64,000 nucleotides of DNA from Octopus vulgaris (taxonomy: Eukaryota). The translations under genes were made by a program, and so were the position numbers. The notes beneath the pieces are model-generated. The model was not told the origin of the DNA, made no database searches, and saw nothing but the letters and a program-made list of their open reading frames with translations. This document shows, in pieces, positions 13,993-27,453 of this stretch (position 1 is the stretch's first letter; each line of letters opens with the position of its first letter). The stretch lies in the NCBI GenBank assembly GCA_951406725.2, contig OX597816.1:139376001-139440000 (forward strand), in the 5' to 3' direction.

Positions 13993-14634
13993 TTTTCTCT
14001 CCATTGCTAGCTCTTTTCTAAAGACTATCGATTCTTATCTAATCACCCTATTCAGGACAACCTACCACCGGTTGTATACGATTATCTCCGGCATCTACCA
14101 CTCAACAGAAAACGTTAATCTGGTCTCTCTAGGCTTTGCATGCCGGGAATAGCGAGCTCGTCTTCCAGTAACCAGCTGGAATTTGACCTCGCAACAAAAG
14201 AAAAAAACAGAAAAGAACGTAAATGCGGTAGGAACCATTATTATTACGGCTCACTTTTTTTATCTGTTTTGGGGCAATGAACTAATCAAATAGTGGGATG
14301 GGTTTAATCAACTGTCCGTTCTCATCTAAAGTGTATCGTCATGTGCCAATGTTAGAAATAAATCCTGTATGTTATGATTATTATTAAAAAACAAAAATAA
14401 CAAAACACAAAAGCACCAATGATAGCATCAATAATATAATAATAACAGTATTAATGATATAGGCTGTGAAATGATTGTACGCATTCTTATATTGCAGCCA
14501 TCGTATTAATCACCGCAAGAATTAATGTTTGTGTGACTGAAATTATACTAATGGGTTTTTTTTTCACCTTCTTTGTATGGAATATTCTGTAGTTTATTTC
14601 CAAAAGAAATATTTGCATCATGATAATGATAATG

Positions 14635-15259
<625 letters not shown>

Positions 15260-15465
15260 ATCCAATGAAAAGAAATCTATTTCATGTAAAAGCAAACACC
15301 TAACACGATAATATCGAAATTGAAAAAGAGTTCAGAAAAATGTTCTTGTTTTTATTCTTGTCGTTGTTACTGTGGATTTTTCTTTGCAAATAATGACAAT
15401 AAGTAAAAAAAAAAAGAAACATTAAAAATACCAAATAACATATATATAATGTCAATATATACAGC

Positions 15466-15505
<40 letters not shown>

Positions 15506-17829
15506 GGAGATACTAAATTTAGATCTTTAGGAAAATCGCAACTTCCTATGAAATTTAGTTCGTTTATATTGGGTAATTGAATAGAATGTTAATCAAAATT
15601 TATAAAAGTCTCTTTTGATCTTTCTGAAATAGAATTTTCAAGATTGCTAGTCAAGACCCCCAGGGCAAATTTCCTTAATATATTCTAAATATTCACACCG
15701 TTGTGGCGCTGTGAAGCAGATTTCAATGACTATAAATCATATCAAAATTATCTTCTCGCAAGCAAGTCACTTCCATCTTCTCTCACTCACTCACTCACTC
15801 ACCCAAAACCTTCGTTAGTTGCTGTGACATCACACTTGCTGAATCTCATCCTACATACATACGAATTTTATGTATCTATATAGTTGTATTTATATTTCTC
15901 ACTTGGTTTCTTATTTCGTCACTTTCTTTCCGTCTCTCTAGTTTTCTTGTCTTTCATTCTTTTTTTCTTTTTCTCTTTCTCTCTTTCGTTCATTCATTTA
16001 TTTCTGTTATGTCCCACTTATAATCGATAACTTTCGATCAAAACGTTAATAAATCACATAAGGAATTGTTAATTAGTTTAGTTCGGTAAAAAGGAGTCGC
16101 TAAGAGTAATCGGAAGCGTTGCTAAGATCAGTTGTGAAGATAAGAACGTCAGCGCATTTCCACTCCCGAAAGGGAGTTTTACCGTAAAAATATAATGATG
16201 AACTATTCAAAAGGGACCTACGAGGCGTGAAACTGAACTCCAGTTCTTTTATCCCACGCTTCATTGTCGTTGTTGTTGTTGTTGTCGGCGGTGATGATGG
16301 TGTTATTATTGTTGTTGTTGTTGATAATGTAGTTTTTGATATCGTTTTCCATGATGTGTTCTAGAGAGAATCAACTTGCGTAACACAATAAGGTAACATT
16401 TCCATTCCCTAGCTGTTGTCTGTTGTTGTTGTTATTGTAATTATTGTAGTTGTTGTTGTTGTTTTTATTGCTGCAGCCATTATTGTTGATGTTGTTTCTT
16501 GTTGATACAACCACTGCTGGCTGTTATAGTTAGTTGCCTTTTTTAAAAAATTTTTTCCTATTTGTTGCTATTTAGAAGAAACTAACATAAATTTTCCTTT
16601 AAATTAAGCAAACACTGCGGCACTGATTGATAAATGATTGACTCGGCTAAACCAACAGTAAATCATTTAATATAACGTCGATATTTCGCATAAGAATGAA
16701 CACTATAGCATCTCAGTTAACAGAGATGGAAGTTCGATACTAACAACATTCCTAGAATCGGAACTGTTGTGTAATGAAACAGCCTTAAACAAAATGCAAA
16801 GTATAATGGTTCAACCCTGATTTTTGCATGGAATCTGTAACCACTCTGCAGTGAAATGAATAAATTACTTTTAGGAGATTAATTAATAGATTAGATTGTA
16901 AAGTTGATTGCTATGATATTTTTTTTTTGTTATTTAGCCCCAGCTAACCAATGATCGGATAGATTTATGATCCCAAATCATTCCAAGCTTTTGCATTGTC
17001 CTTACTCCTTGTCCTTTTTTGGGGGGTTTTATTTCATACATTAAGTTGATGATTTGATATGCTTATCTTATCCTGGCCTTCTTCTAACCACTACTGTACT
17101 TATGTTGATACTCAAACATAACAACAACAGAATCGTTAACTCTTTGCGTGCACTTTCCTGATTGTTAATATAACAAGCATGTAAATGATCAAACTAACTA
17201 CAAAGTGTTGTGCGCAATATTTCACCCCACGGAGACGGTAATATTCTTAAAGTCATTTACTATTTTAAACCACTGAAATGCAGCCACGCTGGTTTACCGC
17301 TTTCACGGGTTTATGCCACTTATATCAACCGCAGTACTTAGTTTCACCCACGAAAATGTATTTACACCTATTTACACCGCTATACACCATCACATAGAAA
17401 CATACGCATGCACATTGATTCTCTACTACGAAATATATAATTAGTGTATGATCGTTATCTACTGCATCGTAGTTGATTTCAGACATTTTGTTTCAGCCAC
17501 TAACGACAAATTTCAGACGCTATGCAATGGTTCCCTACCGTTTCACTATCAAGTAACCCACATTCATTGATTTATTTCATGTACTTCGGACATTTGAAAG
17601 ATCAGACTACCCAATAAACTGGTTTTATTAATTAAGTACAGTCGTTTTTCTACTTTAATCTTTCAATTGAAAGGTATAATTATTTGTAAATGAATAATTT
17701 AAACATTTTACACTTCAGCCGTTGAAAGTTTTTAATGCAGCTCATGAAGCCGCAGTACTATCTTTGTGAACATTCTGGTGTCTGCACACCTCGGTTTGGG
17801 AAAGTCTAGTTTATGCAGTAACACAGCCA

Positions 17830-17965
17830 GATAGAAATAGCTGTCAAAGGTCTCCCTCAAAGCAGCCCTACTGTCTTATAAAACAAAGGAACATATATCT
17901 TTAAAATGACAGGATGAGCATTGCGTGAACTCTTCAGTTAAAGCTGACTTGGGGTTAAACAACAG
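17830..17965 (+). mobile_element. Old SINE-like repeat 3' part (family F); related copy at 52790-52950
   Basis: Shared tagc..caaa.tctc.ct...gac.ggatg...aagctga.....g.taaacaa between the two loci. Confidence 0.5.
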
Positions 17966-18999
17966 TAACACCAAAAACGAAAATACATTTACTACTTGTA
18001 CATTTAATATCTCCAAAAAGTAATATCTCAAATGTTCAGAATATTAGCGAACAATAAGTAATATCCTGTATACATTGTAGAAACATTAAAGACGTTGTCT
18101 CCATAAAGAAGGAGAGACACTGAAATAATGTTTGTTAAACACATCAATGTGAGGATTAAGTTCAATAATTCATGATAAAAAATTCAGATTATCCATCTCT
18201 TATATGACTGACAGCAAGTGAATTGTACTCCATCATGGGACTTAAAGTTAGGTATACTGGTTCATAAGCAGTTAAGTTTTATTTGCTCCTGACACAACGA
18301 GACACTAGAAACTGACTGCATAAGAGCCATTATCCTCCATTTTACAAGCTGGTACCATATCGATTCGGTCAACTGAGACTTTATCGTGGAAACAAAATGA
18401 CATAACTCAGTGCTTTAAATCTAATGTCGGTATATTACAGTCTAGCTAATAAAATATTTTACTATTTCTAAGTTAAATATGAACAGTCATCAAAATCATA
18501 TACTAAAACTACAAATAATGGCATCTATACACATACACACACCGATATGATGGACGACTTTCCTAACAACATACTAAACTTACTGCCATATTTCCAGCTT
18601 ATCTTTGACTAAAGTGCAGCCATTAATGTATTGCTATGTTTGTACTTAAAAGCTTTGATGGAGCAATAAATTTCGTATTGAAACTCTATCTCTGTAGCTG
18701 TAATGCTATATAAAGTCGATATATCTGTTCAATGAAAACATTTGATTAACTTTGATAATATTCCAAATAACACACATGAATCAAGTGTGTATTCGTGTTC
18801 ATAGACATAGGAATACACACACTTATATACATACATCGTAGTTATAAACTCGTATGTATTTGTATACACAAATTATGCAATGCATTACATATATAAATGT
18901 GTATGCGTATGTATGTGTATCTGTCTGTCTGTATGTATGTATTTATGTATACCGCATATACACTTATAAGCGTATATATGTGTGCGTGTGTGTACAACG

Positions 19000-19033
<34 letters not shown>

Positions 19034-19058
19034 CATATATATATTTCTAAGTGTTTAT

Positions 19059-19715
19059 ATGGCTAGCCACTTCATCCTACGCGGGTATCCCCTCACCACT
19101 ATCCACACCGCCCTTCCCAGAGCACGTTCCGTGGACCGTGTATCTGCTCCCCCCCCCGCATCCGCCCCGCCGTCTCCCGTCTTCCGTTTCTCCTCACCTA
19201 CTACCCCACCACTCTACCTCTCTAACGCACCATTCTCCGAGTCTTCCGGCGACTCCAGTCCGACCCCTCCACTTCGCACATCTTCCCTAACCGACCCCTC
19301 CCCTCCTTCAAACGAGCCCACAACCTACGAGATCTCTTGGTACACAGCTTCTTCCCTGACCCAACATCCCAACCCGGCTCGTTCTCCTGTTCTCGCACAC
19401 GCTGCCACACATGCCCTTAACTCTCCAACATCACCCTCCTCACAAGCACCCATCATCGACACTATCATATCACTGAATCTTTCAGCTGCATTTCTCGCAA
19501 CGTCGTCTACTACATTTCCGGTTCTCTGTGTCCTTCTCTATACATCGGTCAAACGGGACGGCGCTTGGCTGACCGGTTCGCGGAACACCTCCGAGACACC
19601 AGACTCTACCGCTCTACCGGTCATTCTTTACAACACCTGTCTGTGTTCGGATTGTCCTTGTACAGGGGCCATCAGGACTCATGTCTCCGTTATAAACAGG
19701 GATTAATCTTCTCTC
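19059..19715 (+). mobile_element. Penelope-like element fragment (Neptune-type linker and GIY-YIG endonuclease), pseudogenised
   Basis: FILRGYP..., then after a frameshift PSFKRAHNLRDLLVHS, CSRTRCHTC and FSCISRNVVYYI..CPSLYIGQTGRRLADRFAEHLRD (VVY...YIG motif); embedded in (TA)n. Confidence 0.9.
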
Positions 19716-19745
19716 ATATATATGTGTATGTGTGTATGTATATAT

Positions 19746-19781
<36 letters not shown>

Positions 19782-19782
19782 A

Positions 19783-19985
19783 TATTCTTTTATTCTTTTA
19801 TATGTTCTAGTCATTTGACTACGGCTATGCCGAGGCACCGCCTTTAGTCGAGCAAATCAACCCCAGGACGTATTCTTTGTAACTATCGGTCCATTTTACC
19901 AAATCGTTAAGTTACAGAGACATAAACGCACCAGCATCAGTTGTCAAGCGATGCTGGGGGAGTAACATCGACACACAAGCATATA
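19783..19985 (-). mobile_element. SINE family B, 3' half
   Basis: agtcatttgactacggctatgccgaggcaccgcctttagtcgagcaaatc matches the family B tail. Confidence 0.88.
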
Positions 19986-20003
19986 CATACATACATACAT
20001 ACA

Positions 20004-20036
<33 letters not shown>

Positions 20037-20054
20037 GTATATATATGCATAGAT

Positions 20055-20213
20055 GAGGGCAGCTGCATCAAACTCTCTCATACACCAAATGTCAATTGCT
20101 AAAAAGCATTCGTGAAGTAAAATCATGTAGCAATACCGAATGGCGGTGCCCCAGCATGGTCACAGCTCGTGAGCTGAAACTAGATAAAATAAAATAAAAA
20201 TAAAATAAATAAA
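20055..20213 (+). mobile_element. Extreme 3' end of a CR1/L2-group LINE (heavily 5'-truncated) with (TAAAA)n tail
   Basis: Reads RAAASNSLIHQ like a CR1 ORF2 C-terminus, followed by ggcggtgccccagcatggtcacagctcgtgagctgaaac and an A-rich tail. Confidence 0.65.
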
Positions 20214-20316
20214 ATATATATGCATGAAAATAATTTTTAATTCCATTAGACATTCTAAAATACTTTCATTCAATTTTAAAAACGATAAAATCAGACAGAA
20301 GCTATGGGATGACCTG

Positions 20317-20472
<156 letters not shown>

Positions 20473-20480
20473 GTATATAT

Positions 20481-21895
20481 CCCAGTCTGTTGTCCCAGTT
20501 TTCAAAAAAGGAAACAAATCGCTTGCCGTGAATTACCGTCCAATCTCACTCACCTCTCATATCATCAAGGTATTTGAGAGGGTGCTGAGATCGCGTATGA
20601 CTCACTTCCTTGAGAGTCATAATATGCTGAACCCCAACCAGCATGGATTCCGTAATGGGAGAGATTGCCTGACGCAGCTACTGCATCATTTTGATGACAT
20701 TTTGAGAGCCTTGGGAGAAGGTTCCAACACTGATGTCATCTACCTTGATTTCAGCAGGGCCTTTGACAGGGTTGATCATAAGATCCTTCTGAGAAAGCTG
20801 TCCAATATTGGTGTCACTGGAAAGCTGCTGCAATGGATCAAGTGCTTCCTGTCTAACGGAACCCAACATGTTGTAGTCGAAGGAGTCAAATCCAGCCCAG
20901 CCAAAGTCAGCAGTGGTGTCCCACAAGGCACTGTGTTGGGCCCACTTCTCTTCATCATCTACATAAATGATATTACTGACACCATCAAACACAGTAACAT
21001 CAGAACCTTCGCTGATGATTCCAAGCTCCAGAAGGTCATCAATGGCGTGGATGACCGAATAAACCTTCAGTCAGACCTACTGGCTATTGTCCAATGGGCG
21101 GAAAAGAATAACATGTTGCTAAATGAAGACAAATTCGAACTGATCCACTTTGGAAGGGAGGACGCTCTGAAACTCCCATACTCTCTTCCTTCTGGAGAAA
21201 TTCTCATGGCATCCAACAACATCAGAGACCTGGGAGTAACAGTGGACAACAACATAAGCTGAGCTACACATATAAGCAGCAAAGTTGACATGGCCCGCAG
21301 AATGTGTTCCTGGATTCTCAGAACCTTCCAGTCGAGAGATTCCCACGCTATTATCCTTCTCTTCTCCACTTTTGCCCGACCCCACCTTGAATACTGCTGT
21401 CCACTGTGGTCTCCCTACACAAAACAAAATATTATGAGAATTGAAGCTCCCCAAAGGTCAATCACAAAAAAGATAGATGGCATGTCAGACCTTGACTACT
21501 GGGGTAGACTAGAGAAGCTGAAATTGTATTCACTCCAACGACGCCGTGAACGCTACATTATCTGTATGATGTGGAAAATATTCCATCAGCACTGTCCGAA
21601 TGATGTTGGCATCACCTTCAAAATGCATCCAAGGCTTGGACAACGTGCCATCCGTCCACAACAAAAATCTAAATCGCATCACATAACGACAATACGGCAC
21701 AACTATTTCACCTCAATTGGACCCGCTCTCTTCAACATTACACCAGGACACGTCAAAAAAGAAACTGACCACACAAAATTCAAGAAGTCTTTGGACAAAT
21801 TCCTTCAAACAGTACCGGACAAACCACCCACACCCGGATATGTCTCCGCAAACAATAACTCTCTGCTCGAATGGGCCTTGGTGCCCAAATCCTGA
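20481..21895 (+). pseudogene. LINE ORF2 reverse transcriptase, one in-frame stop at 21260-21262
   Basis: ORFs 20465-21262 and 21290-21895 are in the same frame and separated by a single TGA; the endonuclease domain is missing. Confidence 0.92.
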
Positions 21896-21983
21896 ACTGA
21901 AAGACTTCGCCAGTTGGTGCTATTAAGTTAGACATGGCCTGGGCCAATACTGGCCAAAAACCTTTCTAAGTTATTCTAAGTTA
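20481..21983 (+). mobile_element. 5'-truncated CR1-group LINE inserted in (TA)n
   Basis: RT motifs [45 protein letters not shown]; short 3' UTR ending in tandem ttctaagtta. Confidence 0.95.
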
Positions 21984-22005
21984 TATATATACATATATAC
22001 ATACA

Positions 22006-22053
<48 letters not shown>

Positions 22054-22056
<3 letters not shown>

Positions 22057-22474
22057 GCGTGGATGTGTGGTAGGAGGCCTCATCCCAATTACATGTTCAT
22101 AGTGCTGCCACTGCCTGACACGATCGGGTAGTGTTTTCTACTATAGCCTCAAACCGACCAAAGACTTGTGAGTGGATTTGGTAGACGGAAACTGAAAAAA
22201 GCCTGTCGTATAAATATATATAAATATATGTATGTATATTTATATAAATATACACGCACACACACACACTGATGCACACGTGTGTGTGTGTGTGTGTCTT
22301 GGTCTCCACCATGACTTGACAACCGGTGTTGGTGTTTATGACCCCGTAACTTACTAGTTCAACAAAAAGAGACTGATAGAGCAAGTACTAAGCTTTCTTC
22401 AACTAAAACTCTTCAAGTCGGTGTCCAAGCATGGCCACAGTCAAATGACTGACGCAATTGAAAGAGTAAAAGAG
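22054..22474 (+). mobile_element. SINE family B copy
   Basis: ttctactatagcctc..gtgagtggatttggtagacggaaactga..microsatellite..catggccacagtcaaatgactga. Confidence 0.9.
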
Positions 22475-23215
22475 TAGTACACACACATATGCTTACGCAC
22501 ACGCACGCGCGCACACAGGTATTTTCCTTTTTTTGTGTGCGTGTGTGTGAGAGAGAGATAGAGAGAGAGAGAGAGAGACAAAGAGAGACAAAGAGAGTGT
22601 ACGTATATATCTATTTATATTGTGTAGTGTTCTGTTATAGGTAGGACCAACGAAGACGTGCTCTTTGCAGCGAGAGATAGAAGTCATTTGATATACATAG
22701 GTTTTAAATGCGAACTACTATTAATTTCATGCCTCAGAAAGTACAATGATCGGAAAAGCTTCTATAGCGTCAGTGTAATCTATCTCACCTACTGAATTCC
22801 AGATCCACATTTTTCACTGAATATAAGCATCTGTGCTAGTTTCTGTGGTCGAATTGGAAAACACTTCCCTCTCCGGAATTAAGCATGCATTCTCACATAC
22901 TTTACCCGTTTCCCGTTGAACTAATCATACAATCCATACTATATTCCATTATAATGGGCCATTGTGACGCAATTCACGTCTCCTCTTCTACCGTGCATCT
23001 TTTTTTTTTGTTTTCCTTTTATGTTTTTCATACCAGTTCTCATTTTATTTTTTTCCTGTTGTTCCTTCCTGCTGTTTCTCGTTTTTCCCCAAAGGGCAGC
23101 CATGTTCTAATTTGACTCTGAATATACTCAGGGCTTTCTCCATCCATTCATCCATCCATACACATAGACATATATATCTATATCTCAGTCTCTCTCTTTC
23201 TTTCCCCAATCTCAC

Positions 23216-23253
<38 letters not shown>

Positions 23254-23922
23254 CACACGCACACATATATATATATGATTAATATTTAGCAAAAGCAACA
23301 GAGTAACTTAAGGACTGAGAGTTTCGTGCCTTACCACTTATTAATGCATATATGTATGTATATATATATATATGCTACTCCTTCTAGCATGTTAGGTGTC
23401 CTTTGATGGTCACCTCTAATGTGTTTAAATGTGTATATATATATATGTGTGTGTGTGTGTGTGGATGGATGGATGGATAATTTCTTGCTTGTTTCAATAA
23501 TTAGGCTACGCCCATGTAGAGGAACACCCTTGGAGAATTTTAGTCGAATAATTTGACCAGTATTGTTGCGTTTTTGAGCCTGATACTTAGTAGCTATTCA
23601 TAATCTCTGTATTTTTCTACGCAGAAAACATAAAATTCGAAAAAAAAGTTACAAATTAAGAAATTGTGGTGGGTATAGGGGGAAATTTACATATTGGAAA
23701 CGTGATTTCTGGACAAAATCATATTAACCGCCTTTAATACGATGAAACAATACATAGTTTCTTATCCTTCTTAAGAACAGAAAGCACTTTCATGCACATT
23801 GTACCCTCGCACTTCACTATTAAACAAAATAACTTCCATTATTCCATTAACTATATATGAGGTGTGCCGATTCTGCTCATAAGAAAGGAACAAATAATAC
23901 AACGTGCTTGCAGGTCACAACA

Positions 23923-23950
23923 CCTGGGCAATGCCGGGAAGCATTGCTAG
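23923..23950 (+). mobile_element. Helitron-like 3' terminus
   Basis: cctgggcaatgccggg (a CpG-decayed form of a cccgg-gcaacg-ccggg hairpin), 8 nt, then CTAG. 5' end not identified. Confidence 0.5.
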
Positions 23951-23951
23951 C

Positions 23952-23983
<32 letters not shown>

Positions 23984-23986
<3 letters not shown>

Positions 23987-24056
23987 CTAATATTAAGGGA
24001 TCAGCAAAAGAAATGCTTCGGTGTGTAGTGATTTGCTGATCCCTTAATATTAGTAT
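23984..24056. repeat. Perfect 25-bp inverted repeat with 23-nt loop
   Basis: atactaatattaagggatcagcaaa (23984-24008) and tttgctgatcccttaatattagtat (24032-24056). Confidence 0.95.
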
Positions 24057-24179
24057 TACTAGAATTTACCGTATAACGGTCCTGTTTCCATACCGAATTC
24101 TACTTCGTGAAATTTATTGATTACTTCGTAATTAATTAGTTTTACCCTTAATTACTATATATATATATATATATATATA

Positions 24180-25348
24180 CTGGCGTTGGACAAAATAATG
24201 GAAACACGTTAAAATTTCAAACAAATTTATTTCAATATAGGGTAAGACCGCCTTTGCCAGTAATTACAGCTTGAATTCTACGAGGTATGGACTCGTACAA
24301 AGATTGAATTGCTTCCAAAGGAATTTTTGTCCATTCTCCAGCTAAAACAGTCTCCAGTTCTTGTAGTGATGATGGTAGAGGATATCGACTCCTTATTTGT
24401 TTTCTAAAATGCACCATAAATGTTCAATAATATTGAGATATGGGGACTGTGGTGGCCAGATAAGACGTTCAACTTCACTAGAATGTTTCTCGTGTCATTT
24501 AGTAACAACGTTAGCTGTGTGAATTAGAGCATTATCATCCTGAAGATTGCGTTTCCCACTGGAAACAGTTCTGCAATCATAGGATGAATTCAATTAGACA
24601 AAATGTTTAAATATACTTGGCTATTAATTCTGACATGAAGGGAAGCGATTGGGCCGGTGGATTTCCAAGATATAGCCCCCAGATCATCACAGATCCATCT
24701 CCGTGTTTAACAGTTGGAAGAAGGCAGTCTGGGACAACATTCTTCCACTGCTCTAGGGACCAATACTAAACACTTTGCAGCGCTTGTTTTTGAAAGTAGT
24801 GGTTTTCTGATTGCAGCTCTCTCGTGAAATCCGGCTTTGTGCAGCTACTGGCAAACAGTTTTTGTGGAGACTGGGTTCTCATGGCGGCCATTAAGCTCTG
24901 CAGTAATTTTGGGAGCTGTACTTTTGTGATCCTTTCTAACAATTCCCGTAAGAGTCTGACGGTCTCTATCTGAAAGTTTTGATTTTCTTATGGAGTTTTG
25001 TTTCGACGAGGAGGTTTTTCCTTCTTTCTCAAAGGCTGTCATTACTTTCGAGACGGAACTTCTTGATGCACCAAACATTTCGGCTGTTTTCGTTATGCTA
25101 GCGTCTACCATACGAGCATCAGCAATTTGATCTCTTTGAAAGTCCGATAGATCTGTCATTTTAATGAATCTTAACTACCTATTTCTGATGATATCTGAAA
25201 AGAAACAGCAATTTTAGCAAACAATATTAAGCAACATTAATAATAAACGAAATGAGATAGAAATAAACAAGCTTTTGACGGTTTTATAGATATTTTAAAA
25301 TTATGATGCTATGATGCTAGGCGTTTCCATCATTTTGTCCAAACCCTG
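24180..25348 (-). mobile_element. Tc1-like (DD34E) DNA transposon, internally deleted and decayed
   Basis: TIRs ctggcgttggacaaaataatggaaacac and gcgtttccatcattttgtccaaaccctg, flanked by TA. N-terminus MTDLSDFQRDQI..LSDRDR, QDDNA, WPPQSP.LNIIE and LYESIPRRIQAVI. Confidence 0.93.
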
Positions 25349-25512
25349 TATATGAACTCATACATGCATACATACATACATACATACATACATACATACA
25401 TACATACATACATACATACATACATACATACATACATACATACATACATACATACATGCATACATGCATACATACACACATACATACATACATACATACA
25501 TACATACATACA

Positions 25513-25584
<72 letters not shown>

Positions 25585-25589
<5 letters not shown>

Positions 25590-27205
25590 AAATAAATGGA
25601 GTTAAACCACAAACCATCAACCAACCTTAAGGATATTAGCCAATTCCGTAATCATTCTAGGGCAATCACTAAGAATTTAATTAAGAATATTTCATTTAGA
25701 TTGTCTGCGTTATCTGCTAATGTTGACATTTTCAACAAGGTTGAATTTTATACTCTGCTTACTTAAAGCAGGTTATACAGAGAAAGTTACCTACATTAAT
25801 TCTATTCAATCTTATTCTACCTTTAGTAATGTAATGTAGATAAGAAATCTAGTTGTAACGATATGAACGATTTCAGTTTTAATTTATACACCAACACCAA
25901 ACAGAGGAAGGTTTTTTTCACAACATAAGGGAGATAAGCGTTATTTAACCTCCGTTTTTCATTCTAAAGTTAAATCGATGTCTTTTAAAGATAGTTACAC
26001 TAAAAAAAGGCAACTAATAGTAAAAGTATTTGGTTGATTATTCCTTATGGGAGGCAAATTAAATCTAATCTTTCTTTCCAGTTTCAGAAAGCTTTTATTA
26101 GGAATTTTCCTAAGAATTCTAGGTATTACTCGATTATCAACCCGCACACGGTTAGGATTGGTTGTTCCAACACAAAAAATCTCACAAATTATCTCTTCAC
26201 ATAATATTAGTCTGTTAAATAAGAATCCAATTACTAATACTAACATTAATTTAGCTAATACTAACCATCCTCCTAGGATTATTAACAATAAGGTTATTGT
26301 CTCTGAAGTCAATTCCAACAGAATTAAGTTTATGTGTAATAATTCTAAGACTAAAAACTCTACCAGTGTAAAATTACTTCAGGTACCGATGTCTTTTTTA
26401 TATATATATAGGTAGTTCTTCTTCTCAGTTATCTAAAAGAATTTCTAACCATTACTCTACAATTAGGGATAGTAATAAACGCAACAGTACAGGGTTTAGT
26501 AAATTAATTTGGTATCTAAAAGACCATAATAAACAATTTAATTTAGAGCGATTGATTCTCTCCATTTCGTTCCCATACGATAAAGGCAAAGAATTCTGCC
26601 AACTCTGTAATAGTGAACTATTTTCTATTCTATTTTCTAAGAATCCCCTTGTAAACACGTTTATAGAGCGTGCTTATCGATGTAAACTTTGGCAGAAACA
26701 TACCTTTAGTTCATATAAGTGATATTCCCCATTATATATAATTTGAACATTGATTTTCTTCTTACATTTCACTTCCACTAGACATGTCTATTTCCATGCC
26801 TTTGCGCATTTATTTTAATTCACATATCGCTCTATATTTCTCCTTTATTAGTTTTCTGCTTATTTCTTTCTTTTACTCTTTCTCTTTCTATAGGCTGCCT
26901 TTGACTTTATATCTTCTAACAGTTTAAAAATAAAAAATTAATTGCGTTATGTTCATCATTATACACATCCATTATATCCTGTTAAAATGTCTTGTTGATG
27001 AGTTTGGTTTCTTTCTTTCTCTGATGAGAAGATTACATTGCTTTACATCATTTTATTCCTTTGGAATAATACCAATGTTGTCTTCGAAACATATGAGGGA
27101 AGTAAAAGAATTTGAATAACAACTGTGTTTAACTCCATTTATATATTTATAGATATTCAAAAATATCTCGCATCAACCCGGAGTTTCTACCATTACAAAC
27201 AGGGT
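25585..27205 (+). mobile_element. Decayed Penelope-like element (RT thumb/linker plus 3' pLTR with hammerhead)
   Basis: From 25608 HKPSTNLKDISQFRNHSRAITKNLIKNISFRLSALSANVDIFNK..LKAGY; near 26035-26215 PYGRQIKSNL..NFPKNSRYYSIINPHTVRIGCSNTKNL/SQIISSHN. Short inverted copy of pLTR sequence at the 5' junction; flanked by microsatellites. Confidence 0.85.
27011..27105 (+). ncRNA. Degenerate type I hammerhead ribozyme motif
   Basis: CTGATGA (27021-27), gaaga...tcttc stem II with inner acattg/caatgt and tattcc/ggaata, then GAAAC atat G; the UH cleavage dinucleotide appears deleted. Confidence 0.65.
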
Positions 27206-27312
27206 GTTACGTCCTTATGACTTGTGTGAATTTTTTTTTTTGCTGCCCTGGTAACTGTTTATTTATTTTTTCCGTGTTAATTGTAAACAAGGGGAAAATA
27301 CACACATCCATT

Positions 27313-27364
<52 letters not shown>

Positions 27365-27453
27365 TGTATTTATGTATGTATGTATGTATGTATGTATGTA
27401 TGTATGTATGTATGTATGTCTGTATGTATGTGTGTATATATATATATATCTTA

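Noticed and set aside
13268-14006. CRISPR-like repeat-spacer pattern
   Set aside because: Repeats are TSD-like, spacers are SINE copies of unequal length, there are no cas genes, and the DNA is eukaryotic.
16163-16181. actccc-gaaa-gggagt-ttt terminator-like hairpin
   Set aside because: Eukaryotic context, short stem, no associated gene.
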